64,000 bases of DNA from a virus: the UHGV virus genome UHGV-0179428. One strand, 5' to 3'. This document shows positions 27,918 to 36,574 of the stretch, piece after piece. Within the stretch, counting starts at the first letter, position 1, and each line of letters starts with the position of its first letter. The notes below the pieces were generated by a model, which made no database searches, was not told the DNA's origin, and saw nothing but the letters and a program-made list of their open reading frames with translations. Both the position numbers and the translations under genes were made by a program.

Positions 27918-28376
27918 TCAGTACAAACACGATGTCAAGTATTGGTTATACGAATCGAGCAGCGCCTGACGGTCGGAACGGTAATTCCACAACAAATTAT
28001 TGAGTTTACGCGATAAATCACGGCTAATCTCCTGGGCCGTTAAAGAGCTCTCATCAAGAGACAAGCGTTCAGGTACAACGTGTAATTTCGGTAACTCATA
28101 GCGTTCACAAAGTGGAGCCAACATTGGTGGACTCCAGCCACGTTTAACGGCTTGCTGGTTTAAATTTCGAGTGTAGACATAAACGTAATAAGCATAGGTG
28201 TTGACATCTGCAACATACTCACGCATTGCATTCTTGTCAATTTTCCAATTCACCATTATTGGTGGTTCAGGAGGAAGTTCCAGTGGTCTATAAGCTGGAC
28301 GTTTAACTTCGTCACCGTAGCTATTACTCACCAACCCCACGAACACTACCATGATGAATAATAGCATTTTCATCAA
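27918..28376 (-). CDS. Secreted proline-rich protein with signal peptide (152 aa)
   Basis: N-terminal MMKMLLFIMVVFVGLVSNSYG-DEV signal peptide; Pro-rich mature N-terminus; no lipobox Cys. Confidence 0.5.
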   Translation of the reverse strand: MMKMLLFIMVVFVGLVSNSYGDEVKRPAYRPLELPPEPPIMVNWKIDKNAMREYVADVNTYAYYVYVYTRNLNQQAVKRGWSPPMLAPLCERYELPKLHVVPERLSLDESSLTAQEISRDLSRKLNNLLWNYRSDRQALLDSYNQYLTSCLY

Positions 28377-28880
28377 TCACTCCTTAGAAGACGATAGCGT
28401 CTTTATGATCTCCTGTCGAAAACTGTTCGCGTTTAAATTACCAACAGGTCTCGCCGAAGCCTCTTTACGTTGTTCTGGTGTTGAAGCCGGATTAACAGGA
28501 GTTTCTGGTTTTGCCGAGGACAGATCCTTCGTCGTACCGCTCGCTTTCGATGAATTAAACGTGCTTTCATATGGCGGTTTCTGGCCGAGGCAAACGAAGA
28601 GTCTGTCGTATAACTTCCCATTATCTTCTTTTAGTTTATCTCGATCTTGTTTCATCTCTTGGTAAGACTGCGACATATAAGTGTCATGAGACTGCACTGC
28701 AACGAGCGCGTGAAACTGTTGTACATAGGCGTAGGAGACGAAGCCAGAATACGACAACAAGATCGTGATGATTAAAGTCATTATCTTGCTTGCTCTTGAT
28801 ACGTTTTCTCCTTCTCCTGGTTTAAATGCTTCCATTAACATCTGAAGGAAGAACGGAAGCACTTTAAAAAATGAACCCAT
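28377..28880 (-). CDS. Membrane-anchored protein (N-terminal TM, predicted periplasmic domain), 167 aa
   Basis: Single TM IMTLIITILLSYSGFVSYAYV after a short cytoplasmic N-terminus; charged helical region then Ser/Thr/Pro-rich tail; stop/start abuts the secreted-protein gene. Confidence 0.5.
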   Translation of the reverse strand: MGSFFKVLPFFLQMLMEAFKPGEGENVSRASKIMTLIITILLSYSGFVSYAYVQQFHALVAVQSHDTYMSQSYQEMKQDRDKLKEDNGKLYDRLFVCLGQKPPYESTFNSSKASGTTKDLSSAKPETPVNPASTPEQRKEASARPVGNLNANSFRQEIIKTLSSSKE

Positions 28881-28905
28881 TGCTCACCTCGGAGTATTTT
28901 TAATT

Positions 28906-30279
28906 ATGTTAGACTTACAAGGTTTTATTCAGATACCGGCACTGTTTGACAATCAGGACGGCGTCACCGCTCCGGTGGGCGAGCTGTCGGATTTGACACT
29001 CTCGTACGCGAAGAGTAAACAGACGTTTACCAAAACCAATTTGCAAGTTCAATTGGTGACTTTTACGTCTAAACGAGAAAAACAGACGGTTGTTGTACCA
29101 GCCGAATTTTCTGATCATATTCTAACCGTTTCTCAATGGATATACCAGCAAGCCATCTTGGGGAATCTGAGAAATGACGAACTTGAATTCCAGCGCCTGT
29201 TACTAGGACAATTCCAATCAACCATTTCTGGCGTTCAGTCCGGTGCGATGATTCAGACGAACAGTAATTGGTTCCCACGCTGGGTGAGCTGGAAATATGA
29301 AGCAACAGCAGATCAAGTACAAGATGACACTGATGTAGATAATCAGATCATTGTTTGGTTCTCGGATGAAGACTTCGATCAAGATTACACAGGGTTCGAA
29401 ATCGAAGTACAGATGCCGATTTCACCAATCGACACATTTTTGTCGACCAAGTCAGTCGTTGAAAAGGCGATGGAAGGGTTTAACCTTACCGAACACCATA
29501 AGAAAATCAATGAGTTAATGGCAGGATTTCCTTACACCGCTATCCAAACCAACTACTATACTTGGCACGATCAAGAAAACTACGAGTCCACCCTAGTTGT
29601 CCCAATGTCGGTTATTATTTACGGCCGTGCGGGAAAAAACCCAACGAAAATAAAGCAAGCGTTGCGTGAACATATTCTCGCTAATTCTAGCTTTACTGTC
29701 CCCGTCGGGGTAAAGGTATTTCCTGAAATTTTCACTACCACGAAATTTACAATTGTTCCTGGATGGAAAATTCGTGGAATACCTAATGAGGAAGACGTAG
29801 CGGCGCTTTATTCCCCTATCCTTCCATATGATTTCTGGGTCAAAGCTATCAGTCGGTTTGGAGAATGGGCAGACCTGACGGTAGCAGAAAGAAATACTAA
29901 AACGATCAGTAAGCCTACGACAGATGTAACTGACTTACCAACCGTTTATAAATCGTTAAACTGTGTTGTAATCAGTGGGCCGGAAAACGATACGCGGAAA
30001 GCGACCTTACACGAAACTATCCCGGATTATGCGTTAATTGCGACGACTAATCCTGATATTGCGCGTATGTCGAAAACAACGACCGAATGGTTGGCGTTAT
30101 TCTTCCAGGCACTTATTGCTGCGGAAGAATACCACCCGTATCAAACCAGCTTAGACATTGTAAAACTGGTCGATGAGGCAGACCCTGATAACTATTTCTG
30201 GGTATTTGAGTACGATAATGTGGAATATCGAATCCTGTCTCGGAAAGCGAAATGGTACAGCGAGTTAGACGAGGAGTAA
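28906..30279 (+). CDS. Hypothetical protein (457 aa), possibly structural
   Basis: Rightward ORF. Confidence 0.55.
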   Translation: MLDLQGFIQIPALFDNQDGVTAPVGELSDLTLSYAKSKQTFTKTNLQVQLVTFTSKREKQTVVVPAEFSDHILTVSQWIYQQAILGNLRNDELEFQRLLLGQFQSTISGVQSGAMIQTNSNWFPRWVSWKYEATADQVQDDTDVDNQIIVWFSDEDFDQDYTGFEIEVQMPISPIDTFLSTKSVVEKAMEGFNLTEHHKKINELMAGFPYTAIQTNYYTWHDQENYESTLVVPMSVIIYGRAGKNPTKIKQALREHILANSSFTVPVGVKVFPEIFTTTKFTIVPGWKIRGIPNEEDVAALYSPILPYDFWVKAISRFGEWADLTVAERNTKTISKPTTDVTDLPTVYKSLNCVVISGPENDTRKATLHETIPDYALIATTNPDIARMSKTTTEWLALFFQALIAAEEYHPYQTSLDIVKLVDEADPDNYFWVFEYDNVEYRILSRKAKWYSELDEE

Positions 30280-30282
30280 TGA

Positions 30283-30906
30283 ATGGCTACGCGTTTACCA
30301 CTACAGGTACCAGTCAACACCACGGGTCTGTTTAAAGTAAAAACACCATTTACTTTAGCCGAGACAGTCATTTATACGGTAGAGGCATCGCGTACCTTCC
30401 CAGATTTAGTACGTCAGAATATCGACGTTTATAATTCGTATTACCAGCCAGCAGGGCTAGGGCGTGAAGAATATTTAGCAGATGCGAATGTTAGTGCGTC
30501 GATTTTGACATTTAAATCTCGTGATGGTCAAGTTGTATACATACCTGACACCTACCTGGAATCATACCCAGGTTTATCCGGGATCACGTATCAACGAAAT
30601 GTGTTAGTGGTAGATTTGGCACTAGTACCGGATTACGTGAAAGTGTCGTCTATAACAAAAGACGTTTCAGATATTCTCACGCATACTCTGGGGATTGAAC
30701 CGAAAGTTGAAATTACAACTCTCGAGTATGAGGGGAAGGTAACGGAGGAACAACACTTGCAGATGGAAGCGGCACGAAAAAATAAAATTCGTGAATCTAT
30801 TCCATTAGGTGAGAAAGTTGCTGCGTTGACAGAAGAAAACAAAAAATTAAAAGAGTTAAACAACCAGATGTTAGAGATTCTTAAAGCTAACGGGTTAGTT
30901 AACTAA
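30283..30906 (+). CDS. Hypothetical protein (207 aa) with C-terminal coiled-coil
   Basis: ORF with GGAG RBS; C-terminal EENKKLKELNNQMLEILKANG heptad-like segment. Confidence 0.55.
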   Translation: MATRLPLQVPVNTTGLFKVKTPFTLAETVIYTVEASRTFPDLVRQNIDVYNSYYQPAGLGREEYLADANVSASILTFKSRDGQVVYIPDTYLESYPGLSGITYQRNVLVVDLALVPDYVKVSSITKDVSDILTHTLGIEPKVEITTLEYEGKVTEEQHLQMEAARKNKIRESIPLGEKVAALTEENKKLKELNNQMLEILKANGLVN

Positions 30907-30950
30907 AAAAGATTACCCTACTCCCGAAGGAGTAGGGTAGCTTTTATTTT
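30904..30950. terminator. Bidirectional Rho-independent terminator (CCCTACTCC / GGAGTAGGG stem)
   Basis: A-run, 9-bp stem with CGAA loop, T-run; between convergent genes. Confidence 0.65.
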
Positions 30951-31497
30951 AAATGTCGACTTCTAGTTTACGGTAATCGATGACACCTTGAGCAATCATA
31001 GCAGCAACATCGTTCCAAGTACGAAAAATGAAGTAAACGGTATCCCCGTTTAAATAGATGTTGGATTCTTTATCCGGGAAATCATCTTCGCTAAGGTAAT
31101 AGTAGGGTCTGTCGAATGGGAAGTCACGTTCATCAGAGGAGCCAAGTACCGCATAACGATTGCCACAATCAAACAGAATCTTCCAACCAGACATTTCACT
31201 ATTAATGTCAATACGATCGGCGATTTCAACGGTAATAGGGGAATGATCAAGAAAACTGATCGTAATGTCTCCGTTATAACGTTTGAATCGCCAAATATCT
31301 GTAGGTACGATTTCAGACGCCGCTATAAGGGAATAAAGTTGTGTTGAGGTGATCTTTTTGTAAACGTTAGTTCCATCTCCAAAGTGGTTATATAAGAAAT
31401 TAGCCAGGAAATTTATATCCTTTAAACGTGAGCGGAAAACAGAACCACGGCGAATACCGTAAGCCAGATGAGTTAAATATTCAGACGATGGAAACAT
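30949..31497 (-). CDS. Hypothetical protein (182 aa), short paralog of 31560..32492
   Basis: Shares N-terminal (FPSE...RR...FL.N.F) and C-terminal (GDTVYFIFRTWNDV vs GGVVYFILSNWAHV) segments with the upstream gene. Confidence 0.5.
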   Translation of the reverse strand: MFPSSEYLTHLAYGIRRGSVFRSRLKDINFLANFLYNHFGDGTNVYKKITSTQLYSLIAASEIVPTDIWRFKRYNGDITISFLDHSPITVEIADRIDINSEMSGWKILFDCGNRYAVLGSSDERDFPFDRPYYYLSEDDFPDKESNIYLNGDTVYFIFRTWNDVAAMIAQGVIDYRKLEVDI

Positions 31498-31513
31498 TTT
31501 AATACTCCTAAGA

Positions 31514-31551
31514 TGGAAAAAAGAATTAACCCTACTCCCGGAGGAGTAGGG
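31514..31551 (-). terminator. Rho-independent terminator (CCCTACTCC / GGAGTAGGG stem) between paralogs
   Basis: Same stem sequence as the 30904..30950 and 11556..11594 terminators; T-run on the minus strand. Confidence 0.6.
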
Positions 31552-31559
31552 GACTTAAA

Positions 31560-32492
31560 TTATTTTTTGGTTTGGCCCAGCTTTTCAAGAACCAGTTCAC
31601 GAATGTACTTTTGAGTACGTTTCTTCGGTGGTAAAGCCATAAGGGTGTCAACGATTTCCTGGCCGCTGATAACCTTGCTGACGAGTTGTTGAACTTGGAA
31701 GAGTTCCGCTTCTTCGTCGCTAATTTCGCTAGATTGATCTTTCTGACACAATGCTTCTACCAGGTCAGCTACGGATATTTCATTTTCGTCACCAGGGAAA
31801 TCCAGGTTTAACGATTCGAAAACATCACGCTTAACGAGCACAGATTTCAGATCGTCGTAGTTTTCACAAACGGCGACTTCTGTGCCAGGTACTGTTTCTT
31901 CTTCGTCTTGAACTTTATTCTCAGCGGAGAAGTAACTTACTTTTGTTGCATGGAATGTTGCGTCAGCTTTTCTCAGGACGTGGCTCACATGCGCCCAGTT
32001 GCTCAGGATGAAGTAGACAACACCCCCATTTAATCCGATGTTACCCTGTCGAAGTTCGAGAGCAATTTCCAGGGGACGTGAAATCTCCCCCAAACCAAAG
32101 AAAGATTCGTCGTGCGCCGCAACAACTTCGTACTTATTCACGCCTTGTTCTACAACAACGAACCAGTTATCCGACACTGGATACGGATTGCGCATGAAAG
32201 AATGTTCGATCCCCACGCTTGGGTCAACAGTAACGGTTGTATGGCGCATTCCCATGGCGAAGTTGAACGTATCCCCATTTTGAACCGCAATTGCACAGTC
32301 AATCGGAAGAATATCGGTGGTTCGATCGATAGAGAAAATCGTTTCCTGCGTAATTGAAGACTGATTGCTGCCTAGGAAATGGTTACGCAGAAAAGCAGCG
32401 GTTGGACCTACGCTGGTTTGCAGCATATGGTAGCTATAACGACGACGTAGAGTGTTAGCCAGTTCGTAAATTACTTCAGATGGAAAAGTCAT
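31560..32492 (-). CDS. Hypothetical protein (310 aa), long paralog of 30949..31497
   Basis: ORF; paralogy as above; acidic C-terminal tail. Confidence 0.5.
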   Translation of the reverse strand: MTFPSEVIYELANTLRRRYSYHMLQTSVGPTAAFLRNHFLGSNQSSITQETIFSIDRTTDILPIDCAIAVQNGDTFNFAMGMRHTTVTVDPSVGIEHSFMRNPYPVSDNWFVVVEQGVNKYEVVAAHDESFFGLGEISRPLEIALELRQGNIGLNGGVVYFILSNWAHVSHVLRKADATFHATKVSYFSAENKVQDEEETVPGTEVAVCENYDDLKSVLVKRDVFESLNLDFPGDENEISVADLVEALCQKDQSSEISDEEAELFQVQQLVSKVISGQEIVDTLMALPPKKRTQKYIRELVLEKLGQTKK

Positions 32493-32545
32493 TTTAATAG
32501 TCCTCTTTTAGGTTTGTTCAAATCAACTAAGGGTTATGTAAAAAG

Positions 32546-33025
32546 TTAAAACAGTGGTAAGTTACGCCATTGACCTACCGAGTAAAAAGCTTTTGGATGT
32601 TTACGGATATACGCTTTCGCTTCTTCTGGCAACCAACGATTGCCTACCAGTTTTTGTTGCGCAACAATTACCGCCAACAGCAAATACGGGTTTTTCGCGC
32701 CGGGGAACTTTGCATTGGTTTCTAGCGCAATATCTAACATTGACGACCAGCCCAGTAATTTACGTTGCGCCGGTAAACGTTCTTCAATAAACATTAACCA
32801 GTCCATGATTTGTCTAGGTTTATACGGACACGTATAATTCGCCCAACTTACCATCCCGAACTTAATAGCCTTCGCAATAACCCATACAGGAACTGCCACG
32901 AAAAGACAGAAAATGGTCAACTGTGAGGCAGGTGCATCGATAAAAGTAACCGCTACAAGAACCATACACAGTTCAAGCACCACAAACCAAAAACGTGTTG
33001 GATAACGCCAAATGAATTTTATCAT
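32546..33025 (-). CDS. Membrane protein (two N-terminal TM helices), 159 aa
   Basis: Hydrophobic FWFVVLELCMVLVAVTFI and TIFCLFVAVPVWVIA segments followed by a soluble domain. Confidence 0.5.
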   Translation of the reverse strand: MIKFIWRYPTRFWFVVLELCMVLVAVTFIDAPASQLTIFCLFVAVPVWVIAKAIKFGMVSWANYTCPYKPRQIMDWLMFIEERLPAQRKLLGWSSMLDIALETNAKFPGAKNPYLLLAVIVAQQKLVGNRWLPEEAKAYIRKHPKAFYSVGQWRNLPLF

Positions 33026-33043
33026 ATCTCTGTTCCTTTAGGG

Positions 33044-33086
33044 AATGAAAATAAAAGTACCCCTTACTCCGTAAAGGGTAAGGGGT
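33044..33086 (-). terminator. Rho-independent terminator (CCCCTTAC / GTAAGGGG stem)
   Basis: 8-bp stem and T-rich run on the minus strand after 33092..33601. Confidence 0.5.
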
Positions 33087-33091
33087 AGAGG

Positions 33092-33601
33092 TTAGAAGAA
33101 CGGCTGATTTGGAATGACAGCGTACTCTAAAATGAACATGTGCTCTGGGGCGTCTTCTTTACGCCAGACTTTGTGTGTTATCACAAGTTTTTCCAGAATC
33201 GTTAGAAAACTACGCTGGCAGTATGTGTTTTCGCCAAGTAGCAGTTTCTGAAGTTCTACAGTAGCGTCCATATACGCCTGTTTAAAGACTAAGCTACGGT
33301 TATACTGTCCAGTAAAATTCCAAAGCAAGACTTTCCCTTCTTCGGTTTCTTTTACCGTTGGTCGTAAACCACAAATCCACAGCAAGGCAAGGTTGACGTT
33401 CCAGTCAAACTCTAAACCTTCTTCTTCGTCATCACCGAATGCTGTAGGTAAAGCATCGTAAAATTCGTGCTTCTCTGCGAACTCTTCATCCGATTTAATC
33501 TCGTCTTCGATGCTGCTTCGGACGATACCGTAAATGTCTTTCGCGGTTAGCTGTGCGGCCTTTGTAATGCCTTTATACCAATCGGTTACAACGATGCTCA
33601 A
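33092..33601 (-). CDS. Hypothetical protein (169 aa)
   Basis: ORF. Confidence 0.5.
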   Translation of the reverse strand: MSIVVTDWYKGITKAAQLTAKDIYGIVRSSIEDEIKSDEEFAEKHEFYDALPTAFGDDEEEGLEFDWNVNLALLWICGLRPTVKETEEGKVLLWNFTGQYNRSLVFKQAYMDATVELQKLLLGENTYCQRSFLTILEKLVITHKVWRKEDAPEHMFILEYAVIPNQPFF

Positions 33602-34323
33602 AGGGTAACTCCTCTATCGGTTGGAAAACTCATGTTTATTGTATCCCAAATTTTACTAACTTCCGCCAATTGAATCTGACGTGATGTTTTCTTCGCAAAC
33701 GCAAGCTGACGTGGGGCCGAGCCCACAACAACAGGCACATCGATTTTCGCGCTATAGAACGCGGCATCTTTCATAAAGCCTGCCATTTCTCGTTGTGCTG
33801 CTCGAGATTTGCTTTTGATTCGCGTGTGAGCGCCACTTTCACCCCAGTGGTAAGCTAACGCAACTTCAGCCATGGTGGGCTTGCGTTTGAGTCGTTTGGT
33901 TAACCCCTTCTCAAGATGTTTAACATACGCGGTAGCCAGCAAAACAGCGTTACGCGGATTATACAAATCGGTGTTCTGACTAAGACCTAATTCTTTTCCA
34001 TAAAGCTTTAGCAGATTGCGCTTGGTACTTGGAAGCATCTGTACCAGGCTGTGCGCTCGTGTGCTTTTGTTGTAAGCCTTGGGATCAAAACGTGATTCGC
34101 GATAAATCAGCGTAATCATCAGTTTAGGATCAACGCCTTGTTTTCGTGAGATTTCCACAATTAACGGACTGACTTTTTCGAACCGATGTTGGATTTGTGT
34201 AAACTCACGCTGATGCTTAGAATGTGGCGTTGACGTTGACGCCTGTGCGTTAAACGCGAAAAGTGTTACCAGTAAAAGAAAGAAGATACGAAACATTTTG
34301 TTTCTCCAGTTGGATTTATACAT
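33598..34323 (-). CDS. Secreted lytic transglycosylase (SLT domain) with signal peptide; candidate endolysin
   Basis: Signal-like MFRIFFLLLVTLFAFNAQA; SLT motifs YRESRFDPKAY...AHSLVQMLPST and YNPRNAVLLATAYVKHL. Confidence 0.6.
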   Translation of the reverse strand: MYKSNWRNKMFRIFFLLLVTLFAFNAQASTSTPHSKHQREFTQIQHRFEKVSPLIVEISRKQGVDPKLMITLIYRESRFDPKAYNKSTRAHSLVQMLPSTKRNLLKLYGKELGLSQNTDLYNPRNAVLLATAYVKHLEKGLTKRLKRKPTMAEVALAYHWGESGAHTRIKSKSRAAQREMAGFMKDAAFYSAKIDVPVVVGSAPRQLAFAKKTSRQIQLAEVSKIWDTINMSFPTDRGVTL

Positions 34324-34396
34324 TTCCGTATTCCGTAAGACGAAATGACGGCGCGGACAGCTAATACTCCTTTGTTGTGTGCCCTAATGATAATAT

Positions 34397-34957
34397 CTAT
34401 TTAAAAGAGTTTGGAATTAATGACTCTGCTTCTCGATACAACCTATCGGGTAAGTATAACGTGTAGTGTTGCCTCCTCGGTTCAAGTTTTTTGTAAAGCC
34501 ACAAGAAGATTTCTTGTCTTTCCCAGGAATCTAACCACCCATTTGCCATTCCCAGTGGAGGGATAGCAACGCTGGTATCCAGCTCCTCAACACAATCTGC
34601 TAATGCGGTAATGCCCGCAGTAACATAAGAAACCTGGGACTTTAAACGCCAATGTGTTTTCGTTGGGAGCAAGATGCACTTTTCATCAGGGTAAACGTAA
34701 ACGCTTCCAATCTTAATTTCGTCTTCACGACACCGCTTACGGTAATCTTGATATAGGTTGGGGTAGCGTTCACGGCACGCCAGCGCAATACCGCGGCCCA
34801 TTGCTCCTACACAGTTAATGGTAACGACTTTATAGTCTTCGGGCGCATTAAAAAGATCGCTACCAATTTCAGATTCTTTACGTACCGTTAACATAACGAA
34901 TCGGCCGCAGTTGATGTGTAGTATTAAAACGTGTACCGCCGATTGATAACTCGACAA
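34397..34957 (-). CDS. Macrodomain protein of the TARG1/DarG-like type (ADP-ribose glycohydrolase candidate)
   Basis: Motif GSDLFNAPEDYKVVTINCVGAMGRGIALACRERYP resembles the DLF...MG-x-GIA core of TARG1/DarG macrodomains. Real start probably the internal MLTVRKE. Confidence 0.45.
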   Translation of the reverse strand: MSSYQSAVHVLILHINCGRFVMLTVRKESEIGSDLFNAPEDYKVVTINCVGAMGRGIALACRERYPNLYQDYRKRCREDEIKIGSVYVYPDEKCILLPTKTHWRLKSQVSYVTAGITALADCVEELDTSVAIPPLGMANGWLDSWERQEIFLWLYKKLEPRRQHYTLYLPDRLYREAESLIPNSFK

Positions 34958-34981
34958 GTATAGCGATATACGTTTTACCCA

Positions 34982-35350
34982 TTAGCGATTTTTTGTAATC
35001 CATTGTTTGACCGCCGTTTCTAAACCTTCGTGTTGTAAGCCCAGGCGTTGCATAGCCAGTGCCAAGTTGAGCGTGTGTACAACCTGTTCACGGAACTGAT
35101 GATCGTTCATGCGGTCCCAGACCTTCTCTACCGAAATATTGTGTTTCCAGAGCAAATAAGCTTCGCGACACGATGCGCGACGAACCAAGCTGGGTTTAAC
35201 AAAAGGCAGCTCGATTTCAGGTAAGTAACCTAAAAGCTTAACTAGCTGTGTTACCTGTGTCTTACCAAAGTCGTCACACTGATAACAAATTTGTAGAATG
35301 TCAAATTCATTCAACGGTATGCCGTAAATTGATGGGTTCTCTGTGAACAT
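34982..35350 (-). CDS. Hypothetical protein (122 aa)
   Basis: ORF. Confidence 0.5.
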   Translation of the reverse strand: MFTENPSIYGIPLNEFDILQICYQCDDFGKTQVTQLVKLLGYLPEIELPFVKPSLVRRASCREAYLLWKHNISVEKVWDRMNDHQFREQVVHTLNLALAMQRLGLQHEGLETAVKQWITKNR

Positions 35351-35552
35351 TCATATTCTCCTCAGGCTCGAAATGTGTTTCGGGTGGCAACGTTCCTAAA
35401 GCCCCTTGGATACAAGCCGTCAGTGAAGGTTTGCCGAAACATACCTTACCTATTGTCCCCATATTGGGATGCTGTAAGAACGCTTTCGCACGTTCGTATT
35501 CTTTCCAACAAATACTCGTATCCAAACCACCCACTCCGTACGATTTTAACAT
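35307..35552 (-). CDS. Hypothetical protein (81 aa)
   Basis: ORF overlapping the downstream gene by 44 nt; fills the gap before the GNAT gene. Confidence 0.35.
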   Translation of the reverse strand: MLKSYGVGGLDTSICWKEYERAKAFLQHPNMGTIGKVCFGKPSLTACIQGALGTLPPETHFEPEENMNVHREPINLRHTVE

Positions 35553-35618
35553 AATTAGCTCTCCTGACGTAAATTTCTCACACTCATAGTGAAGTACGCC
35601 AAGAGAGCTTTATTGTTT

Positions 35619-36068
35619 TTAGAATGTTTTGCTAAAATCGACCCACTCACGATCGTGTGAGTAAACCGCCTGATAGCCGCGTCGGATGAAATACTCTTTT
35701 GCTTCTTTACATTTCGCATACATGCCAGTAACAATCTCGCCGAAAACTTCATCAGCTGCAATTGCTTTGAAAATCTCTTTCATTACACCCCGTTGACGAT
35801 AGTCTGGGAGCACGTATACCGAACGTATCTTAAGTGAACCGTTACGATTCCGATAACTACAGTATCCTACCGCGACATCATCCTGATACACCAGAACTAT
35901 GCAGTTACCTTCGATCAGCTGTCGCGCATTTAACTTCGGCACCGACGTTTTGATTTTCAGTAACGTGGCCTGGTGGTCTAAGTAACGGTAGTGTAGTTTG
36001 AGTAAATCGGCAGCTTGTCGCTCACCGACTTTAGAAGATGCGTTCAACAAATAAATTTCCATTTGCAA
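35619..36068 (-). CDS. GNAT-family N-acetyltransferase
   Basis: Motif A-like SVYVLPDYRQRGVMKEIFKAI (R/Q-x-x-G-x-G/A acetyl-CoA binding loop); 149 aa, typical GNAT size. Confidence 0.55.
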   Translation of the reverse strand: MQMEIYLLNASSKVGERQAADLLKLHYRYLDHQATLLKIKTSVPKLNARQLIEGNCIVLVYQDDVAVGYCSYRNRNGSLKIRSVYVLPDYRQRGVMKEIFKAIAADEVFGEIVTGMYAKCKEAKEYFIRRGYQAVYSHDREWVDFSKTF

Positions 36069-36093
36069 ACCTTAGAGACGCAAAAAAGTAAAA

Positions 36094-36222
36094 TTAAAAC
36101 CAACGCGCGATGACGAAAGCCGCAGCGGCTAATATGGCTGTGGTGATTATCAATCCACCCCATGAAAGTTCCGCGTCGTATAGTGCGGATATCGCTACAT
36201 TCGTAGCGTTTATCGTGGTCAT
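36094..36222 (-). CDS. Small hydrophobic peptide (42 aa), not in ORF track
   Basis: ATG ORF with AGGAG 5 nt upstream: MTTINATNVAISALYDAELSWGGLIITTAILAAAAFVIARWF. Confidence 0.35.
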   Translation of the reverse strand: MTTINATNVAISALYDAELSWGGLIITTAILAAAAFVIARWF

Positions 36223-36388
36223 TTTCTGCTCCTGTCAATACCCTCACACCGGAGGGTATCTTCTGGACTATTTGGGTGGTTAATCTTCGAATGCCCAACG
36301 GTGACGTTTAATCAGCCAGTTTAAACCTTTACCAATTAACCACAACGAGCCAAGTGTTAACAGAACCCCTACAACCATATCCCCTCTC

Positions 36389-36574
36389 CTAATTCCGCCA
36401 TTCGCATTCGCGTTGACGCCAAATTGAACCCCACGATAGTTTAATCAGATAAGATGAAACTACCCATAAAATCATCACCACACAAAACATGACATAAAGA
36501 ACCGCTAGAATGGACATGAAGCCAAACCCTGCCGCATCCACAATACGACGGAACCAATCAGTTTGCATAAACAA
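36389..36574 (-). CDS. Small membrane protein (61 aa)
   Basis: Hydrophobic FGFMSILAVLYVMFCVVMILWVV; start overlaps the stop of the upstream ATPase gene. Confidence 0.4.
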   Translation of the reverse strand: MFMQTDWFRRIVDAAGFGFMSILAVLYVMFCVVMILWVVSSYLIKLSWGSIWRQRECEWRN

